A stretch of 64,000 nt of DNA, taken from Eledone cirrhosa. Lineage: Eukaryota. The translations under genes and the position numbers were made by a program. The notes beneath the pieces are model-generated. The model saw only the letters and a list, made by a program, of their open reading frames with translations. It ran no database searches and was not told the DNA's origin. Below are positions 13,101 through 27,121 of the stretch, in pieces (the stretch's first letter is position 1; every line of letters begins with the position of its first letter). The stretch spans positions 6,820,001 to 6,884,000 of the forward strand of contig OZ024743.1 of assembly GCA_964016885.1 (NCBI GenBank), read 5' to 3'.

Positions 13101-13824
13101 GGAGGGCTTGGCATGACGTGGCTATTGATATATAGGCATAAAGTGAGGCTACGGCATTTGCAAATGTTCTTAAATGGGAAATAGGTGTGGTTGCCCATTG
13201 TCAGGCACATTTTTCTGCAGCACATCTCTTTGAGCAGCAGCCTTGGATCAAGTAAAGACCAAGACCAGTTGCCTTGCATCTGGAATGTTGTCAAAAAATT
13301 AATGGTGAGTAAGAGCTACAACATTCTAAGGGAAACTCTGGTCATCAACCAAAATGAACTGACCAGTTTGTTACAAAAGATTTTCGGTTCACAGACTATG
13401 GACAGTTTCAAGAAATCCTTCACCTGGCAGTCCTACCAGGAGGTACTGCTGGTTTGAGATCTTTGTGCTCACACACATCCAGTATCCATGTATTGCTGAC
13501 TTGTGGAGTTTTGTCAAACAGTTGTTGTTGCATGTAGGAGTGATCCGGTTATTGGCCTACTCCATCATGTAAATTGACCTACTACTTTCTTTTCGCCAAG
13601 AAAAATAGGCAATTTTCCTCTGCTTCGTGGCTATAATGAAAGAGGTTGTGTGGTGAATAAGCTGTTATCATCGCAGTACCTTCCAACAGCTACTAAGAGA
13701 CCTATGACTGGTTTTGGGGGGGGGGGGTGAAACTGGGTAGAGTAGGGGTGGTTAATGATGCTCAGAATAGTTATAGTGATAATGAGAATAGCTACTAAGG
13801 GGTGGTAGTGGGAGAGCATACATG

Positions 13825-15125
13825 GATGGGCTAGGCCAGGTTATGTACAGTACAGCATGTCACTAATCCTCTTGGTCCTTTGTCATCTCTATTACAGTCA
13901 GCCCAAACTATCTTACCCAATGTCTTCCTGGGTCTGCCTCTTCCATGAGTTCCATCCACTGATATTTCTCTGCTCTTCTTTATACAGCTGTCATTTTCCA
14001 TATGCATCACATGCCCATACCAATGTAGTCTTCTCTCTTGCACACTCCATCCAATTCCCCTTATGCCAAGTTTTTCTCTCAACTTACTTATGCTACATTG
14101 TTCATGCACACAACATTACACATCCAAGGAAATATACTTGCTTCATTTCTTTCTAGCCTTCTTATATCTTCTGCAGTCAAGGCCCATGTAGCATCACAAT
14201 TCACACGCAGGCAAAGAGTCTACCCTTCACTCTGTGTGAGAAGCCTTTTGTTGTTGTCAACAGAAGCATTTTTCCAGCTTGTTCTTGTTCTTAACCTGGC
14301 TAGAAGTCTTCTAGAGTATCCTCACCCACTGCTAATTAGGTCACCTAAGTAACAAAAGCTGTCAACAACTTCTAGGGAACCTCCTTTGCAACTGCAGGAA
14401 TCAATTTCATGTGTACTCTTTGTGCTTACTTCTGTGCATCTACCTCAAACAAAGTCTATCTTCCCCATTAACCTCCCTATAACACCACTACATCTCTTGT
14501 CAACTATTGATTACACAGTGTGCACCTTATGGAAATATCTGCCCACCTATTTTCAGCACATCAAGCAAGGCCACTTCCTTGACAGTATCAGCTTACTGTC
14601 CTCTTTCTTACTTCAGACTTAGCTTTGTCTTTACTAAATCCAAATTCAGGTCTTTCAACAATAAGTTTTTCTTTCGTGCTTGGAATTTTCCCTCTAACTC
14701 TCCCATGGATTCAGTTATAAGGACTAGATCAACAGTTTACAGGAGTTCCAATGAAGTGCCAGTTTTAAACTCCTCTGTAATGGCTTGAAGGACAATGATA
14801 AATTGAAGTTGGCTGAGGATTGAGCCCTGATGGATCCCCACCAGCACTTCAAATTCAGCACTGTACTCACTGCCAATTCTCACCTTGCTGTTTGCACATC
14901 TATACATGGCTTACATGTCCCTCACAAGCCATGCATCTACCCCTAACTTCCTTAGTGCCCACCAGATTACATAGTGAGCAACTCTGTCAAAAGTTTTCTC
15001 CAGATCCACAGAAACCAGATATAGTGTTTTAATCTTAACCCAGTACTTCTCCTGTAGTTGTTTCATTAGAAAGAAGGCATCAGTTGTACCGCTACCTGAC
15101 ATAAAGCCAAACTGCATCTCTTCAG
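13825..15125 (-). mobile_element. Degraded RTE LINE (RT to C-terminus)
   Basis: ORF pieces MQFGFM..VDLEKTFDRV and RRLHWYGHV..GRPRKT. Confidence 0.85.
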
Positions 15126-15252
15126 TTATCACATGAATGACAATGAAAAAAGAAAATGGACTAAAGACTGAGCATCTACACTTCAAATATAACAATATCG
15201 GTTTCAACACACGTTTTCAGATAAAGAATCTTGCTAAACAAATTCAGAAATA

Positions 15253-15592
15253 GAGGCAGATGACTTAGTGGTTAGAGCATTGGCCTTGCAATCAAAAGGT
15301 TGTGAGTTCAATTCTCAGACCGGGTGATGTGTTGTTTCCTTTATCAAGACACTTTATTTCACATTGCTCCATTTTACTCAACTGTAGAAATGAGATGATA
15401 GGGACTGGGGTCCCTATCATTCCACTGCAAAGTGGTTGTGGAGGTGCCACAGTAAAAAAGCACCCAGCACTCGCTGTAAATGAGGTTGGTGTTAGGAAGG
15501 GCATCCAGCTGTAGAAATCAAGCCAGAATCAGTTTCTGTCCCACCCTTGCAAGCAGGGAAAAAGTGGACGTAAAAATGAAATGATGATGATG
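15253..15592 (+). mobile_element. SINE family B copy
   Basis: High similarity to 51163-51558. Confidence 0.85.
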
Positions 15593-15649
15593 AAATGATA
15601 TATATACCACTTTTTCATCTCTTTGATTGTTTGTTTGTTTTTTTATCCT

Positions 15650-16300
15650 ATAACTGCCAATTTCAATAGCTGGTCCCTCTGTTGGTGATGCAAAGTGCAC
15701 AGGTGTCATTTTGAACTCACTTTTTCCCAACAATATCCTGATTCACAGACACACTTGCCTTGCAATGCAGAACACTTCATGACTCTGATCTTTATGTCGC
15801 AGGCCATTGGTAAACCTCCTTCTTTCAGCCTTTTTTCATGCTATGTATACCTATCATCTAACCTCTTTTTTATCTACCTTTTTACTGGTCTCTACTACCC
15901 CCATTTTTCCAGTCTTTCCATGCCTGTCTCTTAGCTTTAATGGCTCTGTCTACTATGCTGTTCCACCACCAAGTCACCCTCTGTCTGTCTGGCTGGTGCT
16001 TTGTTCCAGTCACATATCTCATCAGTAATCTGTAGTAAGTTGTTGCGTAGGAACTTCTAATTGTCCTCTATGTCATGTCGTTTGTGTCATATGACTCACG
16101 TAAAGCTTTCCTGAAATTATACTTAACAGAAAGGGTTTTTAGCTTCCAAAGTCCCCTCCTCCAGGTGTTTCTGTGTTTCCTCTTCTGTTTTGTGCTTATT
16201 CTGATGTCACTAATAACTAAATTATGTTGGGCAGTGCATTCTTCTCTGGGGAAAGTCTTAAGCCATAGGACTGTCTGAGATAGTTGCTGACATGCTGAAA
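15650..16300 (-). mobile_element. Degraded RTE LINE (end of endonuclease and tether)
   Basis: TFPREECTAQHNLVISD..WKLK; similar to 58300-59045 and 27650-28440. Confidence 0.7.
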
Positions 16301-16339
16301 GCATCTGGGGAAGTAACAGTTGAACTAGTCACCCACATA

Positions 16340-17662
16340 GTCAAACGGACCAAGTTATGAAAGTGACAGAAAGAGTTCTAGCATAACTAATTATGGAAAA
16401 GTCAAATTAGATGAGATGCAGTTCAGTTTTATGCCAGGAGGGAGCACTACAGATTCCCTCTTTTTAGTAAAACAACTACAAGGGTTCAAAGCTATGAGTA
16501 AGCTGCTATATCTAGCCTTTGTTGATCTAGAGAAAGCCTTTGACAAAGTATCCTGATCTGTCATCTGGTGGTCTTTAAGGAAACTAGGTGTAGAAGAATG
16601 ACCTTTGAGAGCAGTGCAAGCCATGTACAGAGGAGAGATTAGTAAAGTGAGTGTAGGGAGTAATTCTATTGAGGAATTCAAGGTACAGGTAGGAGTGCAT
16701 GAGTATTCAGTTCCCAGCCCACATTTAATTATCATAGTTCCCCAGGCCATAACAGAGGAGTTTAAGACAGGTTGCCCATGGGAACTTTTGTACACCAGTG
16801 ATCTGGTCTTCATAGCTGAATCTGTAGAACTAGAGAATAAATTTCAGCTGTGGAATCAGAACTTAGAATCAAATGGGCTGAGAGTAAACCAAAGTGTTAA
16901 CAAATAGGAAAAAAGATAAGGCCATGATCTCATCTTGGAAGTAGCCCTGTTCGTTATGCAAAAAAGGAGTAGGCAGAAGCTCTATATGATGTACACAATC
17001 TTTGGTACACAAGAGGTGTAATGCATTAGCAGGTAGACTAACAGAAAAAGAAAACTTCATATGTACTAGATATACAGGTGTAATTTTGATAGGAAGAGTG
17101 TCAGTGATAAAACCTTTTCCAATCACATGAAGGATCCATAGAAATGGTTGATAGCTTATGCTACCTAGATGATATAATTATCAGTGGAGAAGGGTGCACT
17201 GAAAGTATAGTAGCTAGAATAAGGACAGGATTGAAGAAGTTTACAGAGCTACTACTTCTGTTGACAACAAAAGTTTTCTCCCTATGAATGAAAGGTCAGC
17301 TGTATGACACCTCTGTGTGAAGTGCAATGCTGCATGGTAGTGAGACATGGGCAGTGAATGCAAAAGATATGTAAAGGCTAGAAAAAAATGAAGCAAGCAT
17401 ACTTCAATGGATGTGCAATGTTAATGTGCAGAAATGACAAAGCATGGATGAACTGTGAGAGAAACTGGGTAAAGAAAAATCAGATGGAGAGTCCAAAAGA
17501 TGAGACTGTGATGGTATGGACATGTGATCCACATGGATGATGATCACTGGAGAAGAAGTTCCAAGAAATCACAAACATTCACTATGGAATGTATGAGCAA
17601 GACATGGTTATTCAACCTGTCCAACCCATGCTAACATGGAATTAATTTAAAACGATGATGAT
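16340..17662 (+). mobile_element. Degraded RTE LINE (RT, PHD remnant, 3' tail)
   Basis: ORF 16605-16907 (VQVGVH..CPWELLYTSDL); (GAT)n tail. Confidence 0.85.
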
Positions 17663-19071
17663 ACAAGGCATTTGGTCTCTGCATTAGCCTGCCCCATAAA
17701 ATGCATACATGAAACCATCCATCTTTGTTGAAACAGCACAATGACAATTAGTAAAGCTGTTCCTGCTCATTTGATAGTAAAATATCTCTAAGTCTTCAGA
17801 AAGTACCTGATCCCTTGAGATCTCTCAAGACTTATATCTGGTCCCAACTTATCATAAGGTTACCAAAAGTTGCTTGTATTTTGACCTCTTTTCTTTGCCC
17901 ATGTGAGACAGGGCTCCTTTACAAGCTTCATATAAAAAAATATGTAATGCCTTCATCAGAAATGTTTAAGATATTCTATGAACATCAGTTGGTTCATGTG
18001 GGCTCCAGACAGAGAGAGTTTTAAGGAAACCAAAGTCTTGAGCATTGAGACAATGGTACACTGTTTAAGTTTCACCAGAGAACCCTAAAGTAGATGCTGT
18101 ATGGTGAGCTTGTGTATGGAAAGTACCCTCAGCACAAACATTTTAAATTAGTGAAGTTAAGAAATGATTTTGATTGATACAATGGAGAAAACAGGTAAAA
18201 AATTATATAGATGTTTTTGAAAACCTTGATATAACATTTCTCATTCAGTATGTTATTTACATCAATATCTAATTTTTTTCTTATTTGATTAGTTAATATA
18301 AGTGTATTATTTAAATTTGGCAATAGTTATCTCATGTTGAATATTACTTAGTCAATATTTTTGTGTTACATCATCATCATCATCATCGTTTAACATCTAT
18401 CTTCCACGCTAGCATGGGTTTACATTTGCTTTTACTTGTTTACATTTCATATACTATACTCGTATGTATTTCTCAGCTGTAAATAAGTCACACCCACGTT
18501 GTCTGTATATTTTGGATTCAGTATTTGAACTGTAAGTCACATGTTGTTTTTCATAAACACTGTTTGCAACTTCGCTTGTGGTTGTGATAAATAAATAGAA
18601 AACGTTTAGTTTAAATACTTGCCAATACAGTCTAGGAAAGTTGCAGAACAATATAATAACTTAACAATGTATTTTATATGCCTAGAACAGGTAGATTAGT
18701 CAGTGCTTTTAAATTTCAACTCCTAATAGACATCTAATGCACTACATCACATAGATTACAGTTGGCCAATAGAAAACTATGCATATGTTTCACATACAAG
18801 GAAATTATTTTTGCTTTTGTGCAAGACATCATCAATGTATATTTGTTTATAATGCTGATATTCATATAGAATCAACATTTGAATATTTACATGACCAAAC
18901 TGTCTTACATACTTAATCATTTGCCTCTGTGTATGTTTTGGTGAGTGCTGCAAATTTCAAGTTCTGAGCAAAGTTTGGTAGATAAGTCACACTTCACTTT
19001 TCTATGATAATATATGGCATCTAATTAATTGATTTTATAATTGTCACCTCTTTAACATTGTCTTTTTGAAG

Positions 19072-19718
19072 CTAAAGAAGAAAAGGAAACTGTCAAAGAA
19101 GATTGCAAAATGCTGATAGAGGAGTTAACTAACGGTGTAGACTCAAATATTCTAGAAAATACAAAATCTGAAGTACAACTTCCAGAAGCCACAAAATTAA
19201 AGGAAACATCAGTAATATTACAATCTGTTGCTACAAATGAATCATCAGAATGTGAGACCTTTACTCCAAGCTCTGCTATCAGTGAACAAACACAAGAATC
19301 TGAAAATTCAGTAATCACTGGCCAATACGAAGATGCTGAAGAATTTTTTAAAACTGTGGAACATGATATTAATTCTGATTCATCATTTGATTTCTTTGAT
19401 TTGGCTACTAGTCCCAATGATTTCAAACCAACCTTTGAATTTGTTGATCCAACTGAAAATTTAAATAGGTTAAAGAGAACTGAAAAATCAGATAAAATTA
19501 ATGATATTGCAAAAATATCTCAAAGTGAACAACCAAGTAACCAAGTTTCTTCACAAGAAGATATTACTAGAGCTTTGGATTCAGCAATCAATAATTCTGA
19601 TTCTATAGGAAGCAGTGAATTGAAAATTTTGGTCTCACTTTTACTTTCAAAGGATGTTGATATTCAAGAAGCAGCTATAAATGGGATTGTTAATTGTGCT
19701 GCATTTACAGATCACCAG
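19072..19718 (+). CDS. ARMC10: ARMC10-like exon 2 (acidic Ser/Glu linker and start of ARM region)
   Basis: ORF 19110-19733. Pyrimidine tract plus AG acceptor; CAG|GTAAG donor; ends ELKILVSLLLSKDVDIQEAAINGIVNCAAFTDHQ. Confidence 0.8.
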
Positions 19719-20016
19719 GTAAGATATGCATAAATTTTGAAACTATTACACTGGTCAACAAAATTTTGCTTTTTTTCTGCTGATCTAAGTTTAAGACCTG
19801 TTGTTGAGTAACTTGGGACCACACAGTTTTAAAATGGCAATACTTTTTTTTCTATCACATCAAGTTTTTACTTGGCCAATGAGGAGAGTATACAAAATAT
19901 CCATGTTTCTTGTGTTTATGAGCTAACCGAGTGAAAGACAAACATGAAAATATCAGCACCTCAAAATTAGCTAAAAACAACAACTAAGTCAGCAAAAAGT
20001 GTGTTGACCAGTGTTA

Positions 20017-21105
20017 TCTATATATATAAAACAGATGTCTGTCTGTAAATCCCTAAACCTCGAGAAGTACCTGACCAATTTTTTTTAAACTTTACACATG
20101 CGTTACTTATATTTCTTGAAGTGCAATGGGCTAAAATTTAATTTTTTCTGCCCTAGGGCCAGCATGAGACGTAACTTAAAGATAATCCAGCCGATTTCCT
20201 CAAAATTTGCAGCACACATTAGTTAGTCCCCTCGCATTGCTGTGGACAAAAACAATTTCCGTTTCCATTAATGGTTTCTAGGAAATTTACTAATTAGCAT
20301 TGGGCATTACATGCCATTTTCATTTTCAATATAAATGCTATTTAAACATTGTAAGTAGCGTATAATATTTCACTAAAAATTTGGTTTATTTAACAGAGGA
20401 CACAACACCATTTTCGGGAGGTTGAGGAAATGAGGAGGACCTTGAAATTTTTGTCGGTGCCCTGTTGACGTTTCATGCTTTCATCACGCACAAATCCGGG
20501 CCCTGTGTATGTTGCCGTGTTATTGACACCGTAAAACTCACGTCTGTGCTACTTCTACTAAGACCCCTTTTGTTGCACCTACACCGCAGTATGAACGCCC
20601 TGTGCAGTTACTCCCGAACAGTGGTTGTGCTAATTCCTTTTGTCGCACCTTTGTTGCTGTGTAAATGCAGTGCAACCAGTGCCACCCAGCATTTGTGCTA
20701 ATTGCACTATGACCCCCTTTTTCTGCAGCTGCGTTGCCACGCTGATTTCGTCATTTCAATATCCCTACTTAAACGTACATCCCTACTTGGTTTTCACACA
20801 ATTGACTACGTCGCTCCTTCAGACTGACGTGTGTTCCCCATCCGTTACGTAATTTGTGAACAGACTTACGACATACATCGCCCCACAACACTTACTCCTT
20901 TCACATACAGGATTTCTGCAATCAGCCCACTGACACTGCTACTACTATATTCGGCCTGCTGATGTTCTACGTTTCCAGTAGATGACCTATCATTCCCTGA
21001 GAATAAGGCAATTCAAAAAGTACATAGCTACATTGCTCAATCTTTGCATATGCGTGTTGCTATTTCACGTTTCCTACCCCGTGCAACGCCGGGTCCTGCT
21101 GCTAG
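20017..21105 (+). mobile_element. Non-autonomous Helitron
   Basis: A|TCTATATATATAAAA 5' end; subterminal GC hairpin CCCGTGCAACGCCGGG; CTAG|T 3' end; no TSD. Confidence 0.8.
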
Positions 21106-21337
21106 TTTGATATAATTATCCCTACTTCTTAATTCAATAATTAGCTTTTAGAAGGATATCTAGTAATAACAACAATACAGATTATGTAGAATCTAACTCA
21201 CCTATGCTAGCATGAGAAAATGTAAGCAATAAAATAGGTGTAAATACTTGCTAATAAATATACTTAAATGGAAATAAAAATGTTGTGGAGATACTGGAAA
21301 TTCATTTTATTGAAAATATACTTTTTTTTTTTTTCAG

Positions 21338-21502
21338 AATTCATTACGAGAGTTGGGTTGTATAGATAAACTTAATATTCTATTAAAATCCTGTGTCACA
21401 TCGTTAAAAGTTGGATATGATATTTCTCCAGTTCTTATTACATCAGTTGCTAATGCAATTTCAAATATGTCTGTCAATGAAAGCAATCAAGTTATGCTAA
21501 AG
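21338..21502 (+). CDS. ARMC10: ARMC10-like exon 3
   Basis: T-run+CAG acceptor, NSLRELGCIDKLNILLK...VANAISNMSVNESNQVMLK, AAG|GTAAGT donor. ARM-repeat pattern. Confidence 0.85.
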
Positions 21503-24500
21503 GTAAGTAAGGTCTATTTTTAAATATGCAAAACCATTTTCTACATAATCACAATTGAAAGACATAATTGCACACATTCCTCAAGTATTATCTATTAACT
21601 TAAATTAACAAAAATCGAATATATCATATATCTAGTGGGTAATATTTTTTATATTAATTTTTAAAAACATTAAATGCATATAATCAAGAAAACAGATAAT
21701 AACCATTTGAAAAGGAATTCCTGAACTACTAAAGAATACCACAAATAATTCTGAAAGAATTGCAACAGAAATATTCTTCAGGTTGAATATCATATGCAAT
21801 GGCCTTTTACATTCTGAATTCAAATTTTATAAGTGTATTTTGATTTTAATACTTCAAGGATAAATAAAATGCATTACTGTCAAGTGCCAGGGTGGATTTT
21901 ATGTTCCAATAAAATATTTTCAATGTGAATGGAAGTATAATAGAAGACTATCAAGTATCTTATCTAAGCCTAAGTCTTTGAAGCTGTAATGAACACCATA
22001 GGGGAGGAAGTAGCCTTCTAGGGTATTAATTTAAAATACAGCTTTAAATGAATCCTTAGCTGAAGTCCTTTCATTTCAATAATATTTTTGACAAATGAGA
22101 TAAATGCTGCAACATCCTATTTTTACTTTCACTAAAGTGTACGCTCCACTAACTTTGCAGAATCTCCTACCTGTTATTCTTCAAATAGGATGATTCTGTA
22201 AGCTTCTTGTAGATAAAGCCAACACATTTTCTGCTCGATTATTTTGTTTCGAACTCCACATTGCACAAACAACAAAATCACTCCCAAGCCTTCTACTCCA
22301 TCTGTCCCACATAGTGACCAAATACAAAACCTCTGTTTGCTTCAACCCAACACAGTATTGCTTCTACTACCCTCAAACAGTGTGCTCCAGAACTAGCTTA
22401 CATGCCAAACTCCTCGATCTTTCTTTCTCTACAAAGATCTACTTATATATTCTTATATAAGAGTGTGTCAAACCCAAGAAAAGCATCCTCTTCAACTGAT
22501 TCTACCAACTACTAATGTATTGTTCCTATTTTCAACATCATACATAACAGAAGCCCCATTATCAACTACCACCTCTTTCATCACCTTCAATATATGCTCT
22601 TTTCAGTGGCCATAAGTGTAGATTATAAATAGCCAGTTTTACCAAAGATTTGCTCTCCTATGTTACACACCATTGGTTTCTTGTCCTTGAGAATATCTTT
22701 TGCGTAGTGTTGTTATATCAATAAAGCCCTTCAATTGTGCCTTATATGAAAAGCTCTGAGTTTGGTGACATCTATGAACTTTATATATTTTTCACTTTAA
22801 GGCTTAAAACAGTGCAAAAATTATGTACACAAAAGGTGCAATGAAATTTCACATAGACCAATAAGAAAAAATAACTTTAGATACACCTTATACACAAGAG
22901 TTGATAACTTGTTAAAAGTTGTAGTTAGATTCTGTGTCATTGCTGGATAGTATAAGGATTAAAGTGTTACGGGCTTGTTTGAACAGGGGAAATAACAACT
23001 ATGTTTGGAAACCAAAGCTTTATCTCTATATATAAATGTAAAAGCTTTATGCAATTAATATGATACATTGGTAAAATATATGTATAAAATGCAATGGTTG
23101 GACTATTCAGTAAGGTTTGCTGTGTAAAATTGCAAGAAATATGATTTAAGAAAAATTACTAGATATGAAAAATGTTTTTCAATTTATGCAGGAAAGCCAA
23201 CCAGGATAAAATGGGCATATGAAAATGGGTGTTACATGCTATGTAAAAACTGCCATAGTTGATGTTGAAATCTACTCACAGCCAAAGGAGGTTTTAAGAG
23301 AACTAATTAAACAGAACTAAGTATTTATGGTTAAAATACATGAAAAGATACAATTACAAAATTGTCTAAAACATGATAAAATGGGAAAACAAGCATAAAA
23401 ATTATGATGGTGAAAACTAGAACAATGAAGACCACAATGACATTAATCATGGTAATATATTTATTTATGTGTGACAATTAGTTTAGCCATTCTTTTCTTC
23501 AGGTTTCATGCATTGGGCAAATAATTGCAATATGGAATCTAGGATTCAGTATTAATTATTTTATTCACAGTTGTATAAAAATATAATAATATAATGTTTA
23601 CAAAACGAAAACACAAACACATATGATATATACAAATATAAATGCATAAAAGAGAGATAAAATAAAAACATAAAAAAAGAAGAAAAGTGGGGAGGTGGCA
23701 ATTCACCACCAAGTGCAACAATCAGCCGCACATCACATCTTAGGGGTTAACTAAATACTTTGAGGCAAGCCAATACGCTGGATATAATGTAATTACAGAT
23801 GAATTTATCATATATTTTGATTACTTAGTGTATAATTTAATATATACTAAAACTAACAACCAACATAAACACTAATACTGTGCTAATTGGTACCTCCCAT
23901 TTCATTGTTACTGCTACATTTGGTAGGCTGTAAAACCCTTTAGTATTTATATTACTCTATATATACTATTGTATTTTAGTGGTAAAGGCTTTACCTCACA
24001 TATCAAATCGATGAGGTTTTGATATAATCTATTTTGAGAACAATACCTTAACATCAGTATGAGCTGCCAGTTATGGCCGGTTTGAACAGAAAGAGGTGAG
24101 AGAATTCTGGCTGGATATAGCCAGTTTAAATGCTGGTGATATAGATATCCTCTGGTGAAAATTAATTAAGGATGTTCGTCATTTTTCCAATTTACAGGGA
24201 AATACATACATTTGACATGTTGACATGTCTAAATACTCAATGTGTATATTTATATATACATTGATACAGTCTCAGTTAATCCTGTACTGTATGTGTACAT
24301 ATATGTATTTGTGTGTCTGTGTGTGTGTGTGTGTAGTATACCCATTGTATGTGTAAATATACTGTATTTTTAAATAGATATGCATAGTTAGTTTATTACT
24401 AATTCACACCAATATTGATATTTTCATTTTAAAAAGACAACTATTTACATTACTCCCTACTTCTCAAAAGAATTATAGATTATAGATGTGGGTGAAAATA

Positions 24501-25942
24501 GTTGTAAATATATGATAATTGCTGTTAAATATGATGCAAAATGACTTTCAATTTTAGATCTACCTCAATGAAGGGAGCAAGATAATGTATTTTTCTTCCT
24601 TTTTGGTGTGGAAGATATGAGGTGTTGAAACAAGGACAAACACATAAAAAAATAACAACATTTACATTGTAAACATCACTTCAATACATTTGTATGATTG
24701 TTTGTAATGCTGTTAATGGTTGATGCTACAGAATGTTCATATCAAATAATTGTGGTTGTGTGTGTGTGCAGTAAGATATTTTTTGTCTGAGATGGTTTTT
24801 CAAAAGTGACATAGCAATGAGTGCCCACTTTACCATATCACAAAAAAAGGCTAACTGCACATACACACAACCACACATATTTTGTATATAGCCGTCACTG
24901 TACAGTAGTCATGTATGTGACAAGACAAAAGCGCCCCCGTCCACACTGTAATGTGGTCATGTAGCAGTCACAACAAAAAGCGCCCAGTCCACCCGGTAAA
25001 GTGGTCGTGTAGGTGACACAACAAAAAGCATTCAGCACACACTGTAAATGTGGTTGGAGTCAGGAAGGACATCTAGCTGAATAAACCAAGCCGAAATCAG
25101 CCCTGAGTGAGCGAAAAATAGTCCACTGACCTGATTCTCTCCCAAATGGTCAGCCCGTCCTACCCATGCTACTGTGGAAAATGGACGTTAAACGATGATG
25201 ATGATTCTATAGCATCAACTATCGACACCATTACTATTCAGAGGAATCATATTTATTTATTGCAAGCAGGGAAAAGCGGACATAAAATGATAAAATGAAA
25301 ATGATGAAATGATAAATGTTTACAATATAAATGAAGTGTTGTTATTTTTTATATATTTGCCTTTCCTTCAACTCTTCATACCTTCCACACCAACACAGAT
25401 TTAATTTCACTTCAATTGGCCTAACATGATAATTTCATTGCATTACTTCTCAGTCTAGATTACTGAGAAAATAATGTAGCTTGATAGCTGATGTGTATGT
25501 CCCAGTGAATCGGGAAAGTTTGAACTATTTTAAAGTTTAGCAGTAGTCATATGCCTGCAACTGCATTAGCAAGTGTATCTGCAATATGCTAGGTTGTGAG
25601 TCGACATGGATCTGGATGGTTGTGTGAGCCAACAGCTAATCCGTACTTCAAAAAGCTAGTTGAAGGTTGAGAGAAGAGAGAAGAATATCTCATGAAATCA
25701 CAGATAGATTAATCACAGACATGTGTTTGTAGAAATGTGTGTAAAATGTTGAAAAGAATGTTGTGTTTGCATGTGTGTGTAGACATTTAAAACAGTAAAT
25801 TCATTGAAAGTTAAATAGGACAGAAAGAAATCGAAACTGGTAAACAGGGTTATGAAAAGTACAAAAAAAAACTGTCAAAACAATGTAAAATTATCAAATT
25901 GACATACAAATGAGAAAACATTATAAATAATAATTAATTGTC

Positions 25943-26140
25943 CACCCAGCCCACACTGTAAAGTGGACGTGTAGGCGCCACGGAAAAGAAGCACCCAGCA
26001 CTCGCTGTAAATGAGGTTGGTGTTAGGAAGGGCATCCAGCTGTAGATATCAAGCTGAAATCAGTTCCTGTCCCACCCTTGCAAGCAGGGAAAAGCGGACG
26101 TAAAATGATGATGGTGGTGGTGGTGGTGGTGATGGTGATG
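25943..26140 (+). mobile_element. SINE family B 3' half; related RTE-type tail at ~24890-25205
   Basis: Matches 51372-51558. Confidence 0.75.
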
Positions 26141-26569
26141 ACAATAGTTCAATCACAATTATGTTCATTTTCATCTTGTGTGTTTCCATGATGTTGAATA
26201 CATGGGTTGTAATTTGGTTGTTGGTTTGGATGTTGTTGCAACCATTGCTGGTGATGTTGTTATAGCAGGCATAATTGTAAACATAGTTTTGGGTTATTTT
26301 TTTAATAGGAAATTTTTGTTTACTGTAGAAAGAGCTGTATAGGAAATTGCCAGTCTTGTTTGTTGGAGGGATTCTAAAAGTTAATGTTATCCATATCATG
26401 TGCTGTTGACTGAACAATTTTAGTTGCATTACTAAATCTTTTCAAATTTTTGAATAATTGATAATCATAGTCTTTCATTAGAAATATAGTAATGAAAGGG
26501 TTAAAGCTCACTAGACATAAAAAATAAAGAAAAAAGCTTATGAATTAGCTGTTACTCCCAGGGTTGAAC

Positions 26570-27121
26570 AAGTCAATTGCAACCTCTGTGTTTCTATTAA
26601 TTAGCCCATTAAAACATTCATGAGAGAACAATGGAACAATTGTATACAGCAGGTGGATATTGCTATAAAACCTATTGACTGAAGGAAAATATCAACATTT
26701 GCTCAAATGTGCAGTTGGGTGAATAATTCATGGAAAAAGTAAGAAATAACATAATGATAAAGGTGTTTTTAAAAAGCAACATCAACACAATGGATGGTGG
26801 GCATTCTCTTCAAGAATGATAGTGCATTCAATGATGAAATTTCAGATTCTTTTCCAAGTGATAATGAAGGCAATGAGGATTTTGTAAGATTTGATGTTAT
26901 CTAAGTAAAACTTTTACTAAGTTAAGAATTTCTTTATTTCAATGTTTTGAGCTTTTTGTGTTTAGGACTATTCTTTTTTTCAATATCAGGTTGAAATTTT
27001 GTTCAATGAAAATCTTTTAAATACTATATAAATACTACTATAACTTTTTTCCTAAACCTTTTCTTCAAAATAAGGGTGCATCTTATATACTGGTGAGTTT
27101 TATAACCTGAAAAATACGGTA
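26570..27121. mobile_element. pogo/mariner-like DNA transposon right-end remnant
   Basis: Ends in TATAACCTGAAAAATACGG-TA, a typical CCGTATTTTTC-type TIR. Left boundary is uncertain. Confidence 0.4.

Noticed and set aside
15650-17662. Twin-priming inversion of a single RTE
   Set aside because: The geometry fits, but the - fragment could equally belong to the - strand RTE at 13825-15125. No TSD is available to decide.
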